Assembly: GCA_026914245.1 (NCBI GenBank)
Contig: CP110439.1
Span: 7,006,001 to 7,070,000 of the forward strand
Length of the DNA stretch: 64,000 nucleotides
Reading direction: 5' to 3'
From: Puccinia triticina
Taxonomy: Eukaryota
Shown here: piece by piece, positions 24,669 to 37,721 of the stretch
Numbering within the stretch: position 1 is the first letter of the stretch
Layout: every line of letters starts with the position of its first letter
Notes under the pieces: model-generated
The model's database searches: none
Told to the model about the DNA's origin: nothing
The model's input: the letters and a program-made list of their open reading frames with translations, nothing else
Program-made: the position numbers and the translations under genes

Positions 24669-26092
24669 TGTTGTGACTAAAAACCTTGTCCTCCATTGCT
24701 CCACCCCAACCTCCTCTTGTCTCCAGATACTCCAAATGTGGAGTTTGTCCACCCCACACTCCAACACATGTCACATAATACATGTCCTAATGTTACACAT
24801 TAATGACACATCTCCGTCCGCTTTCTCTTACAATGCTGAATAATAGACCCTCTGCAGTTATTCTTTCCCTATCAGCTTCCACTTCTGTATTTCATTCTTT
24901 CCCCCTCATATTTTGCACTTTCTATTGATTGTATCCCTGCTTTTTCAAGCTTTGAAAAACAGTCTGTTCCCGGAGAAAAAACACAAGCCTGTGCCAGAAA
25001 CAACCCTGTCTGAGAGAGTGGTAAGTGAGTTTTAGTTTACATTAATGGAAAGAGATTTGGGGCGGGGGGAAGAAAGAACATGGCAACTTGGTGACGGCAA
25101 TACCAGCGGTTGGCAAATTCAACACAGTCTCATAGGGGCCATTGAACACGCTGAAATTGGGGCTTGTGCCACTCATATTCAGGAAGATGATGCAGATCTT
25201 ATCAATGGGGGTGGTAAGAACGTATTCAACAATGGAGACGACCAGGTGAAAGCTGGAGGAGCTCACCACATTGGTTGGCACACCATCCAAGCGCATGAAC
25301 TCCAACCGCATCGTCCACCACTGCCGCCCTGTCAGACCCTTGGCAGTTGGGCAAGCTGATTGTGCGTACTTGTTAGTCTGCTGTCCTGGTTGAAAAGAAC
25401 CTGCTGTTTGTAGATTCTAGGGTCAAATTTTAAGCCAAGCAGATTGACCGCTTCTCAACCGTGATGAAGGCCGCATGTAGGAGGATTTGTGGAAGTCTTG
25501 TTAAAAAATCCAACAAAGAACCATCATCAAGACAAAATTGGGGTATCAAAGAAGACATGTGAAAAAGACACAATGGAGGGAACCGACGTAAAATTTCAAA
25601 ATACATCATTACCCACCCTAGTCTCGACGGGCATATCAGCATCGTTGAGACTGCAACGTCAGTTGAAAGCCGTACTTGGGCCATGTCCTCGGCTACCTGG
25701 ACAGAGCTGTCGGAATCGCGCAACGCGGCCGGCTGAAAGGATTCTGGCAAGGATAGGGGAAGTGGTCGGAGAGGGCGGGCGAAAGAGGTGGATTGGCCCC
25801 TCCCTCTCCACTGGAGAGAGAGGGGCCAAGTCCCAGGGATCAGATGGATGCAGTGAGCAAAGACAATGAGGGTGTTAATGGCGCAGAGAAGAAGCTGTCG
25901 CCATTCTCATCTGCATCTGGCCCAACCACGGCCACCCAAACATTGGGTTTGGTTAGATAACAGGACCAAGGTCTCTAGTTGAGGGCCGGCTATACCAAAC
26001 ATCATGGGCGCGTGGGATGGTTGAGGTGCCTCTGCAAGCAGTCAAGGATACAGCTGTAAACAAATGTCTATGATAAGCACAACCGCAGGGGG

Positions 26093-26557
26093 CAACGGTG
26101 GGCTGCTACGCTACACTACGCTATTTCAGCGCTACGCGTTAGCGTAGCGGCAAAAAGCGCCCACCAATTTTGGATAGCGTCAGCGCGCTGTTAGCGCCGC
26201 TACACTGCGCTAATTTTCAGCGGCGCTAACAGCACGCCAATCCTTTGTTAGCGTTAGCGCGCCGCTACAGTTGCTAAGCTACGCCACGCTGCGCTACAGC
26301 GCTTTTGGCGGAAAAAAAGGCCTTTTGTACCGCTAAAAGCCCTGTAGCGCAGCGTAGCGCGCGCTCTTTGGTGCCCTCTGTGTGTAGCGTTAGCACAGTT
26401 TCTCCCATCTGCGCTAACGCTACTCTAACAGCTAAATTAGCTGCGCACCGTTAGCGCGGAGGCGGTACAATTTCGCCAACACTACGCTAACTTTTAGCGG
26501 AATTCCGCTACGCTACGCCACGCTAACGCTACGGTTAGCGTAGCTGGCCCACCGTTG
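26093..26557. mobile_element. MITE with CAACGGTG termini and 7-bp TSD (P-like)
   Basis: caacggtgggc / gcccaccgttg; caggggg at 26086-26092 and 26558-26564; interior saturated with CGCTA/TAGCG. Confidence 0.85.
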
Positions 26558-27224
26558 CAGGGGGGTAGTGAATTTGCGAGGCAACCTGACAGATGATGAG
26601 GATTGGACTGGTCAAATTTACTGCTGTATTTAATCATGCCAGACGACAACAGTCAAGAGGCGGCTAGGGGTGAGTGGACGGTTGCACTTACCTGTGGCAT
26701 GGCAAAGGACAAATGGAGGCTGAAACACACAGTGAATTCTTGAAACTATCAAGGAAAAGGTTGGCAAGCAACTGGTGTGATGGTGAAGAGCCTGTGGCAG
26801 ATGGCGATGATGGGGGTGGCATAGGGAAAAATTTGGGGCAGTGGCAACAGGCAGAATATTTTTGGGCAACAAGCGGGGTAATTAGATATTGTTGACTGTG
26901 CTTATTTAAAAGGGAGGGGAGTTGGCAGCGGATTGTCCCCCCAGGAGTTTTGTCCTACCCCCTCCCTGGGAGCCCACTAATCACTTGATTAAGGCCTTCC
27001 TGGACTACTCTAACAACCGGTTCACTTTTCCTTGTTGCTGCGGCACAGCTGGAGGGTCATCCATAGGGCCTTTGGGGATTTCAACATGTACTGTGCAATT
27101 TTTAGGCTGTTGGTGTCATTTTGTGAGAAAAAAAACACCCTAAAACTTAGATCCAGAGGTATAGGATTGTGTGGATTTAAGAAAGTGCGATTATTTTCTC
27201 AACAAAATGTTTAAAAACTTTGAG

Positions 27225-27945
27225 TTAAGAAATAGACAACCTGAAAAATGTGTAAGATGTGAGAAAAAGAATGTGATGTATAAACAGTTGGTCTTGTGAA
27301 TGATGTTTGAGAATTACATGAGATACGGCGGATGAAATAAAATGAGGACTGAAATACCTGGTTCTCTCAAAAGAGAATCCCTGATAAGTCATAAGTCCCT
27401 CCGGCAAAGCCTCAGGCAAGAGAGGGACTTTGTTAAGTTTGAGCCTGAGAGCTGTGTATCATCTTCCCAATGATTGTCATTATAAAGATGAAAAAGCTAT
27501 CAGTATTGGTTCCGCGACTGACTGGATGAGTGCCAAGAGAGATAATATTGCATTAATAAAGGAAATGAAAGAAAACAAGTAGAATATATAAAAAAACCCT
27601 ATAAAGATGAAAATTATATGAGTATTGGTTCCGCAACTGGCTGGATCAGTGCCCAGAGAGATGAGGAAACTCAGACAGCCAGCCGCGGGTGTGGTTTATA
27701 TGTACACTAGAGTCCAAGGCGGCTTCGCCGCTGCACTTTTGGGGGTTCAACCTATTCAATTTTCACCCACAAATCCTATTCCTAATAATTTATCCTTCCA
27801 AGTTTGTAATACTCATGTGTGGCAGTGGCATCCAATTCAGTTTGAAATGGGGCCATCTTGTTGTACTTCAGATTCTGACCATAAACATTGAGAGTGGCCA
27901 GCAAGGGTAAGATGATAATGAGTTTAACATGCACTTTTTGTAGTG
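27225..27945 (-). mobile_element. Possible CACTA transposase relic
   Basis: GLMTYQGFSFER resembles the F.FER motif of CACTA transposases; tttttgtagtg (CACTACAAAAA reversed) near 27935-27945. Confidence 0.3.
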
Positions 27946-28377
27946 GGCCAGCTCAGCTAACTGGAGCGCAGATGTGGTCCAGTGTAGTGGACACTGGAAT
28001 CCTGCTTACTCATAGTGGCTTGAGTGAAATTCTGTGGGATTTTTGCTAACGCTACGCAAACAGAGCACATAAAGAACACCTGGTACAGCTGGCTGTGTTA
28101 AAGCACATTCTAGAGGCTCTTAGACCCATCACACTACGTGCACCTGGGCCAACAAAAATGAAAAAGGAACAGAGAAATTGCTGCTCAGTTCCATATACAC
28201 ATACCTTGTAATCTCCTTTTTTGTTTATCTGGGAACACTCCAGAATCTCCCACTCAGTAAAACCACGCAACATCATCCTTGAAGGCATATTGTCCATTTT
28301 GAATCCTCAAGATTCACCAAAAGATGACAAAGATGCTTTAATGCTGAGATTATAAAGGCTCGGAAATACCCCCACAC

Positions 28378-30603
28378 TAAAGATGTCACTTGGTACCCGG
28401 GTACCCGCCACAGGTGCGGGTACCTCTCCATGAAAACCCGGGATTCTCAACACCCGCACCCGCACCCGCACCTGTTGAGGTGGCAGAAAGCAGGTACCCG
28501 GGTACCTGCGGCAAATACCCGCGGGTGCGGATATTTTTTGCTGCCAAGTAGGCTCTAGCGAGCTGATATATGTATACCAGCCCGCCGAGGGGAAGCCCTC
28601 TTGGCGAGGTGGTAAACTTATTCCAGCCCGCCGAGAGGAAGCCCTCTCGGCGAGCTGGTGAATGTATCCCAGCCCGCCAAGAGGGCTTCCTCTCGGCGAG
28701 CTGGTGAGCGTATACCAGCCCGCCGAGAGGAAGCCCTGTCGGCAAGCTGGTGTATACCAGCCCGCCGAGAGGAAGCCCTCTTGGCAAGCCGTGAACTTAT
28801 TCCAGCTCGCCAAGAGGAAGCCCTCTCGGCGAGCTGGTGAACGTATTGCGGCCAGCAGAGAGGAAGCCCTCTCGGCGAGCTAGTTTATGTATTCCAGCCC
28901 GCCGAAAGGAAGCCCTCTCGGCAAGCGGGTGAACTTATTCCAGCCTGCCGAGAAGAAGCCCTCTTGGCGAGCTGGTGTATGCATACCAGCCCGCCGAGGG
29001 GAAGCCCTCTCGGCGAGCCAGTGAACTTATTCCAGCCCGCCGAGAGGAAGCCCTCTCGGCGAGTTGGTGTATGTATACCAGCCCGCCGAGAGGAAGCCCT
29101 CTCGGCGAGCCGGTGAACTTATTCCAGCCCGCCGAGAGGAAGCCCTCTCGGCGAGCCGGTGAACTTGTTCCAGCCCGCCGAGAGGAAGCCCTCTCGGCGA
29201 GCTGGTGTGTGTATACCAGCCCGCCGAGAGGAAGCCCTCTCGGCGAGTTGGTGTATGTATACCAGCCCGCCGAGAGGAAGCCCTCTCGGCGAGCCGGTGA
29301 ACTTGTTCCAGCCCGCCGGGAGGAAGCCCTCTCGGCGAGCTGGTGTGTGTATACCAGCCCGCCGAGAGGAAGCCCTCTCGGCGAGCCGGTGAACTTATTC
29401 CAGCCCGCCGAGAGGAAGCCCTCTCGGCGAGTTGGTGTATGTATTCCAGCCCGCCGAGAGGAAGCCCTCTCGGCGAGCTGGTGTGTGTATACCAGCCCGC
29501 CGAGAGGAAGCCCTCTCGGCGAGTTGGTGTATGTATACCAGCCCGCCGAGAGGAAGCCCTCTCGGCGAGCCGGTGAACTTGTTCCAGCCCGCCGAGAGGA
29601 AGCCCTCTCGGCGAGCCGGTGAACTTGTTCCAGCCCGCCGAGAGGAAGCCCTCTCGGCGAGCTGGTGTGTGTATACCAGCCCGCCGAGAGGAAGCCCTCT
29701 CGGCGAGCCGGTGATCTTATTCCAGCCCCCCGAGAGGAAGCCCTCTCGGCGAGTTGGTGTATGTATTCCAGCCCGCCGAGAGGAAGCCCTCTCGGCGAGC
29801 TGGTGTGTGTATACCAGCCCGCCGAGAGGAAGCCCTCTCGGCGAGTTGGTGTATGTATACCAGCCCGCCGAGAGGAAGCCCTCTCGGCGAGCCGGTGAAC
29901 TTGTTCCAGCCCGCCGAGAGGAAGCCCTCTCGGCGAGCCGGTGAACTTGTTCCAGCCCGCCGAGAGGAAGCCCTCTCGGCGAGCTGGTGTGTGTATACCA
30001 GCCCGCCGAGAGGAAGCCCTCTCGGCGAGCTGGTGTGTGTATACCAGCCCGCCGAGAGGAAGCCCTCTCGGCGAGCCGGTGAACTTATTCCAGCCCGCCG
30101 AGAGGAAGCCCTCTCGGCGAGTTGGTGTATGTATTCCAGCCCGCCGAGAGGAAGCCCTCTCGGCGAGCTGGTGTGTGTATACCAGCCCGCCGAGAGGAAT
30201 CCCTCTCGGCGAGCTGGTGTGTGTATACCAGCCCGCCGAGAGGAATCCCTCTCGGCGAGCTGGTGTGTGTATACCAGCCCGCCGAGAGGAAGCCCTCTCG
30301 GCGAGCCGGTGATCTTATTCCAGCCCGCCGAGAGGAAGCCCTCTCGGCGAGTTGGTGTATGTATTCCAGCCCGCCGAGAGGAAGCCCTCTCGGCGAGCTG
30401 GTGTGTGTATACCAGCCCGCCGAGAGGAATCCCTCTTGGCGAGCTGGTGTATGTATACCAGCCCGCCGAGAGGAAGCCCTCTCGGCGAGCTGGTGTGTGT
30501 ATACCAGCCCGCCGAGAGGAATCCCTCTTGGCGAGCTGGTGTATGTATACCAGCCCACCAAGAGGAAGACCTCTCGGCCAGCTGGTGAACATATTCCAGC
30601 CCG
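28378..30603. mobile_element. hAT-like left end plus array; matching right end not found
   Basis: taaagatgtcacttggtacccgggtacccgcca resembles the ends at 11859 and 40333; clustered GGTACCCG and CACCCG motifs. Confidence 0.65.
28560..30603. repeat. 46-bp double-hairpin tandem array 3 (about 44 units)
   Basis: 36-bp imperfect palindrome ccagcccgccgagagg-aagc-cctctcggcgagctgg plus a 10-nt variable linker. Confidence 0.97.
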
Positions 30604-33399
30604 AATAAAATCTCTGGGGCCGGTCGGGCTGGTATCCGTAAGCACTTTGTTGGCCCGACTGTAGATGAGGTGATCAGCATGCCGAGTTCCTGGAACTTGA
30701 AGTCAGAAGAGAAACAGTTTGGTCAGCTGCACCTTCCCGGCCGTCATTGGCTCCTTGACTTGTGCATTGCCGTGGCTTGGGTTGGTAGGCTTCAGGAGTA
30801 GTGACAGTGGCTATGGATACAAGCAAGCCCGAGTTTGGAATTGCTGTATGTATCATTGCAACCATCACCTTGCAACGCTCACAGTGGCGTAGTCACTGAA
30901 ATCAGACTGCTTGAATATAAAAGGGGGCTTCTCCTGCACCGAGGTTTATGCCCCAGGTGATCCACCCTGCTCCTGCATTTGCAGAGCACTGGTGGTGATC
31001 CTCCCCCTCCCCAATTGCACTTGCAATTGGCTGAAGGGTTTCCAGCCCCGACTTTTGCCCCACGCACTTGCGCCAGGCTGAGCGGGTTAACACCGGTCTC
31101 TTTTCACCTGTGGCATGTCACAGGCTGGGAGTTCGTTAAATCTATTGCTTCTCTTGTATATTAGTCTATTATAAGTGGTATTTTATGTTTATTTGTTGGT
31201 TTAGCTTGTTTCTTTTTTTGCTTTTTGTGATTGCTTGGGTATAGGGGAAACCCTTGAATTTTTTTTTGGTGAATCTGTGGTTTTAATAAACTTAGATGAT
31301 TTATGGGTTATGAGGATAGAGAATGGGGCTGTTTATTTTTACAAATCCTTTTTTGCAATGTGGGTACAATGTACATTTTAAAACCCAGGAATTGCAAAAA
31401 TGTATAACATCTTGAATTTTTTTTTATTTTTACAATTTCACCCAGCCAGGGTGAAAGTGTAAACAAAGCCCTTGTAAAAATTCAATTGGAAATTTGAACC
31501 TGGTAGAAAGTAATGGGCACAATTACAATCTAATTTTTGCCATCATTGGCCATTGCAAAAATGTCCAATGTCAAATTGCACAAAGGAGAGGAGAGAATTA
31601 GTTTTTCAACTCATTGATTTCACAATGCAGGTACTTTGCAAAAGTGAAATAGTAAAAATACAACCCCCACCTCAAAGATGCAATTTTACAATGTCTGGAA
31701 ATAAGGCCCAATGGCCTGAAAAAAAAATACAAAGTAGCACACATCTAGAGGGGGCGATCAGAAATAGGGAAACAAATTACAAGAGGAAAGAAGAGAAGGG
31801 GAAGGGAGAAAGAGGAAAGAAGAGCCATCATGATTTCCTTTGGGATGATCTCTGCGTACCCACACGGCCTTCTGAGCGGCGGTAGATTCCGCGCTTGCCT
31901 GCAACTGGGTTGGTTCCCAAGTAGCAGCGGGATGAAGACTTGAAGCAGGCGCCAGGCCCAGGTCTCCAAGGTCAATGAGTAGGGATTTCTTGTCCCCACC
32001 ATTGTTTCACATTTGATCTTGGCATTTTTGGTGGTGACACCAGGGGGGAATGTGTGGCACTCTCTAGAGAGTGCCAGAACGTAATTTTATCCTTCAAATG
32101 GTCTGATGTGAGTTCAATTTCAACTGTAACACTTTGCTCAACTTTCTTCTCAATCCAAGCGTAACTTTAGGTGAAGTTGTTTCCAACTGATCTCCCTCAA
32201 CACCAACACAGGAAAATCTCTCTTGTGAAATTGTTTTTCTGGTCAATCTGGATCACATTCTGGATGTTAACTTCAATGCACAAGATGTGGTGCCAAGCAT
32301 TTGAATATACTTATGCTAAAAATATCCTTGACTAAGTGACAAGGAATATTTTGGAGAGCTGATTTCTTTCATTCAAAACACATGTAAAATGAGATTGTGG
32401 AAAAAATTTTGTAAAATTTAGCAACTCCAAATTCTCAACCAAGTGGTAGATGAATCCTTCCGGCATGTTTCTGTCATGCCTATTCCTGTAACAAATTGGG
32501 AGGTAAGTGATGTTAAAACCAAATTTCTATTCTTTGAGTATCAAACAGTGCCAAAGCTGGGAAAAGCTGTGTAACTTATAACTTTCCACATTGCAATGCC
32601 ATGAAATGTGAACAATAACAGGGGCTGTTTTCCCTACCATGTTTAACAAAGGATGGAATACTCATGAAAGGTAAAGTTTGAAGTTTCATCAGCTGTTATT
32701 TTTGTACTACACCTGGCATATGAGAATACACATTGCAAAATTTTCATAGTTTTACCGCCACCTGACTACAAAATGTGGCTAGTTGTGAAATTAATCAAGT
32801 CTCTCAAGAGAAGGTGGGTAGATTGGTGGATATCAACAGGTTCATCAATATTTCAGGGATCCTGGAACCAGCAGGCAAAAAAATTCAGAAACTGGTCTGA
32901 GAAATCCAAGGTGAACAGTGAATTCTGAAATGCCCATGCATATCCCAGCATTGGTAAAACCTTTTGTCTTGTAGATTGAGTATCTTCACATCTTTTCCCT
33001 GAAAGTTTCGGCCAATTTGTTCCTACAGGTAGCATGCTTTCATCACAGGTACCATCATGTTGATGGGCATTGTGCAATAACATGGTGTTGATTGCTATTA
33101 TGACATGGTACTTAGTTTCCAAGTTCTTAGATAACACTGATGCACTTTGTAGTAGTAACTGCTTTAACCAGATCAATCAACATAATTCACATTGGAGGAG
33201 GAGCATTTGCACCCATGTACATGTGGTGAAAAGCACCAAAAAAAATTAGGGAGTTTCAAGGTGGGCATGAGTCAACAGCAGCTGCGGAGGGACGACAGAG
33301 ATCAGCCATGCATCCCCGTGTGCCCCCGGGGAGTGTTGATTTTTTTCTGCAATGTCCACAGTCATTTTTGGCCAAAGATCAGGGAGGACATTTGCAAGG

Positions 33400-34380
33400 T
33401 GCCGATGTACCCAGACTCACCAAGCCCTGCTTGCTATCATTGAGCTGGGTAAACCCCCCACCCTCAACAGTAAAACACATACTGGACATTGAGCCTGGCT
33501 TTCCCAGCCCCCATGACCAGTATGTGCTGCCTACAGAGCTCGGAAAACCCAAGATCAATGACCAGTATGTTCTGGTCATTGATCTAGGCCTCCTCAAACT
33601 TGATGGCCAGCACAAAATGGTCATTGAGTGGGGAGAGGCCGCGCTTGATGGCTATGATTCCCCAGTAATCAATCTGCGGCGTCTCCGAACTCAAAGACAA
33701 TGGCCAGCACCTGGTCATCAAGCCAGGGAAGCCTTAGCCTGATGACCAGCACATTCTGGTCATCAAGCCAACCTTTCCGAGCATGGTAGGCATATATACT
33801 AGCCACCTAGCTCGGAAAAGCGCAGCCGCATGGACGGTATGTACTGCTCATTGAGCTGGGACTCTCCCAGCGCAATGTACAGCACGTACCTCTCCGTCAA
33901 ACATGGAAAGGTAAGGCACAATGACTCCCATGTAGTGCTGGTCATTGAGGCGGGTTATTCCCACCCCAGTGACCTGTCATCAATTGGAGGGTGTCTCCGC
34001 TCAATGGCTGGTAGACACCAATCACCTAGTGGAGAACCCCTCCACTCAATGTCCGGTACACACCAGTCATTGAGTGGAGAATCCCTCCACTCAATGGCAT
34101 TCACCACTGGTCATCAAGTGCAGTATGTCTTCACTTGATATGTAGCTGGTAATGTGCATATGTTAATTGAGTGGACACACCCTCCACTCAATGTTTGTCC
34201 AACAGTCATAAATTGGAGGGTATCTCCACTCAATGGCTGTACACCCCAATCATTGAGCGGAGGGTGTCTCACCTTGATGGCTGATACACACCAGTAAGTG
34301 TAGAATCCAAGAGTTTACCAAGCATCAAGTGGAGGTACCCTCCACTGAATTGCCAGTGTGTACACCATGGAGTGGATCTA
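33400..34380. repeat. Degenerate about 45-46-bp double-hairpin array 4
   Basis: e.g. gtcattgagtggagaatccctccactcaatggc and ggtcatcaagccagggaagccttagcctgatgacc; spacing 45 bp between 34029 and 34074. Confidence 0.7.
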
Positions 34381-36851
34381 TGATCAGCCTTAATTGAACA
34401 TAAGTTCAACATATTTGAAGCCTGCATCACACATGCTCACACAGTTGAAATCAATCAGCTTTCCCAAAGAAACATACGGCTTCCCTGGTGTGAAGTGAGT
34501 CCTTCAGTTTGCAGCCAAGCGGGCGGCAATGCGCTCCCAGTTGGCATTGAATAGAGGGGCAGGATGAATGGTCTTGCTAGTTGGGGGTTTCTTCTTTGGG
34601 CCACCCTGTTTGGCGGCAGGCTTCTTGGATGCGGAATCTGGTAGGTTATGCAGGGCCATAGTGACAAGTGGATAGATTTCGCTGACTATTGGCCAATCAA
34701 AGTCATATCTTGATGGGTTTTGATTTGAGATTGATTTTCTCTTGGTGGAGGAGACACACATCCTCAATGTTCAGAATGATAAGAGGGGCTTCTTGATTTT
34801 GTGAGCCTGAGTCTCTATAGTGACAGCAGGACACAAGAAAAAAAGGGGTAATATTTGGATTTCTTTGGATAAAGAAAATACAAATATAAAGAGAGAGAGA
34901 AAAAGAGAAAGAAACTGAGCAGGATCAAGATAAGCAGAAGTTCAAGGTTATTATGGTGGGAATGCACGTCCACTGGCAATGCTAACTCTTCAGAAGAGTG
35001 CTGCCAAGCTGTGCTAGAGAGTGCTGCAGCCTCCTCTCACCAAAGAAACGTGGAGGGATCCTGGATTAGATAAGTTTAATCCAGCCACAATTTTTTAGCT
35101 TCCTTCTGGATAGTCAAGGTTCTTTAAAGGGAAACCTATGTGGTTTGTTTCTTGCAAAAAACACAGAAAAAGAATGCAGATATGAAGGGACAGCCCTGTG
35201 ATCAAGAAGAGGCAAAAGGCCAGAAGATATGGAGGGACAGCCCTGTGATCAAGAAGAGGCAAAGGCCAGCAGAAAAGAGCAGATCAAGCAAGACACAGAG
35301 TTTTACCTCTGAGATAAACAAGGTTCAGTGAAAGAGGTTACTTACTGTCAATATCCTAGGCGCCTGTGACGGTAGGTATACTGGGAGTGTTGTAAACTCT
35401 TTGGTGGTGATCCTGGGGTTCTCTGGGGTGTAGTTCTGGTGTGCTGAAGCCTGTGTATCCGCCTCAGGCAAGGAGGATCCAGACTACGAAAATTTTCACA
35501 GTTTGCTTATGTAATTTACATATGTACATGTGGTTTGGCGCGCCTGGTAGCGCTGACACGTCACAACTGCGCATGCGCGCCACAACTCAATAACTGAGGG
35601 AAGGAATGTAGTTACAAAGAATTGGTAAGTTGTAACTAGGGTTCAAATTGCATGGGGAAACAGAATATGAAGTCAAAACAAGGTTATTTCATAAGATGAA
35701 AAAGATATGAAGTAATTGATATGTAAAAGTAGAAAAAGGCAGGCTTTAGGTCAGCTGAGTTGACTCTAAGGCTGACAGATTGCTTGGTTGATTCCTCACG
35801 TGAGCCTTTGGCTGATTCTTTGCTCCAGTCTTTGGCCGTGGCATCTTTGCCACTGTTGCTTGAATCTTCAGAGTTGGAAGATTCTGATGTGCTGTCACCA
35901 AGGTATTTTGCAGTCTTCTTTCTGGTCTTACCCACGAGGTTAGAAGTTTTAGATCAAGGTCTGCTGATTTCCCCCCGTAAAGTTGCCATTTATGGTATTC
36001 AAAATTGCATATGTCACTATCCAACTAACTTAAATCCACAGAATTCTGGACATTGAGATGTAAGTTTTGGCGTCTACAATTGTCAAAAAAGAAACTTAAA
36101 TCTATTATATACACACTACAATTACACAAAACTACGGATGTTGAAAAATCCCCGAAGACCCGAAGGCCCTATGGATGACCCTCCAGCTGTGCCGGAGCAA
36201 CAAGCAAAAGAGGGCCGGTTGTTAAACTAGCCAGGGAGGCCCTAATCAAGTAATTAGGTGGCTCCCAGGGAGGGGGCGGAACGAAACCGAATCCCCTGGG
36301 GTTCCTTTGACTCTACACACCCTCCTTATATACCTTTCGGCCATCAACTCGACACACCTTCATCACAAAGCCGCATTAGCCACTCGTCGCGCGTTCCTCA
36401 ATCCATCACCACGCCAACAGTCTCCGCCCCACCGTCTGCCCAGATTGTCTTCCCACTTCCAACCAACCGTCCATTCAACCCCTGCGCCACATTACATGAC
36501 CATGGCGCACGGTCCCAGTTGCAAACACCTCCTTGTCTCCTTCACCAGGGCACAATACACGCCATTTTTGACCACTTCAACCTTAGATGTCTGCCCTTCA
36601 CTCGCCTACATCAGACCATTCACTACCACCACCCCGCCCAACAGCGCTAGGACTACACAATTAATTCAAACCGTACGTGTCACTTCTGCCCCTTGTCTTT
36701 ATTCTATCAACTCACCGGTCCTCAAATGGCCCGCCACTACCAACCAGACCACGCCCGATCACTCTCAGCGTATCCGTCGCAGTTGTGACTGGACTGGCAT
36801 TTCCTCACCTATGCTACCAAGACTTTCTGATCCCTCCAGACACAAATTTCT

Positions 36852-37721
36852 ATGGCGACGAGCAACAATAATCTCCCTTTCGACCTGGTTCAGTTAATCT
36901 ACAACCCTACTTTCGCGCTGTTGCGTGCCACGGTAAACCACGGGCACTACTCGCTTTGCCCGCCACGCGGCCCCCTCGACGTGGCACGCGAAGTCAAGGA
37001 ATCCCACTGAGCGTATCTCACACCAGCAACCTTGTTTTGAGCGTACATCTGCGCCCATAAAAGTTGGCATCTTTAGACACATTAATGTATAACTCACGCC
37101 ACTTTTGACATACTGACAATGTGACTACCAGGCCTTGCAAAGCTTATCACCAGATGGTATATCGGAGACAAATCTCATTTCCAGCGTACTGCCATGCAAC
37201 GGTTGAGCAACAAGAAGTCGTTCATACGCCGTAAACCTTTGTTCGAATTCCTTGATGGGGTTCAACCTTGAGGTGGGTAATATCTATTTTCTGAGTGGCA
37301 CTATTGCAAAGTCAAACACGCCCGACGTGCTCGACCTAAGATTTAACAACGCGGTTCCCGAACCATCAGCACGACATTCGCAGGGCCGTGTAGTTCGTCG
37401 CCTGGTAATAAATGCTGTTGGTACTATCAACAGAATGACTCGCCTCGTATCGGAATAAACCGGGGAACTCACATACGTGATAGGCCTCACGCATTTTGCC
37501 GCAGTGAGTCACGGTGTATCCTTGCAGATGCCACCCGAGTCAATTGCGGTGCTGACGGATTGTTGATTAGAACTTGCCCAGCATCGTACATAGCACTTAC
37601 ATGATTGATCCTTCAACATCTCAAAACGTTTATTTGGCTGACGACGTGATGGGCCATCGAGCGTGGTTCACTGGCAGATTGATTGGTGGGAATTGGAGTA
37701 CTGGCCAACCAGTGATCGTCG
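36852..37721 (+). pseudogene. Spliced beta-rich (possibly OB-fold-like) gene with in-frame stops
   Basis: ATG 36852; intron 36933-37131 with ctgac branch; exon 2 SSVLPCNG*..LEVGNIYFLSGTI..INAVGTI..SE*; later exon FTGRLIGGNWSTGQPVIV then gtgagt; 3' end undefined. Confidence 0.55.

Larger units (their letters stand above)
18499..24766 (-). mobile_element. Ty1/Copia LTR retrotransposon (degenerate, interrupted)
   Basis: Matching 98-bp TG..CA LTRs (18499-18596, 24669-24766); TSD catgt (18494-18498, 24767-24771); G-rich PPT next to the 3' LTR; gag-PR-IN-RT-RH order. Confidence 0.97.

Noticed and set aside
25040..25870. Possible gene fragment
   Set aside because: No recognisable motif or consistent exon chain
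28560..30603. CRISPR array
   Set aside because: Linkers are only 10 nt and recur; no cas genes; eukaryotic transposon context
28307..30680. Many overlapping repetitive ORFs (PARREEALSAS etc.)
   Set aside because: By-products of a stop-poor 46-bp repeat read in all frames
31900..35330. Possible decayed transposase or gene fragments around array 4
   Set aside because: Too degenerate to assign by eye
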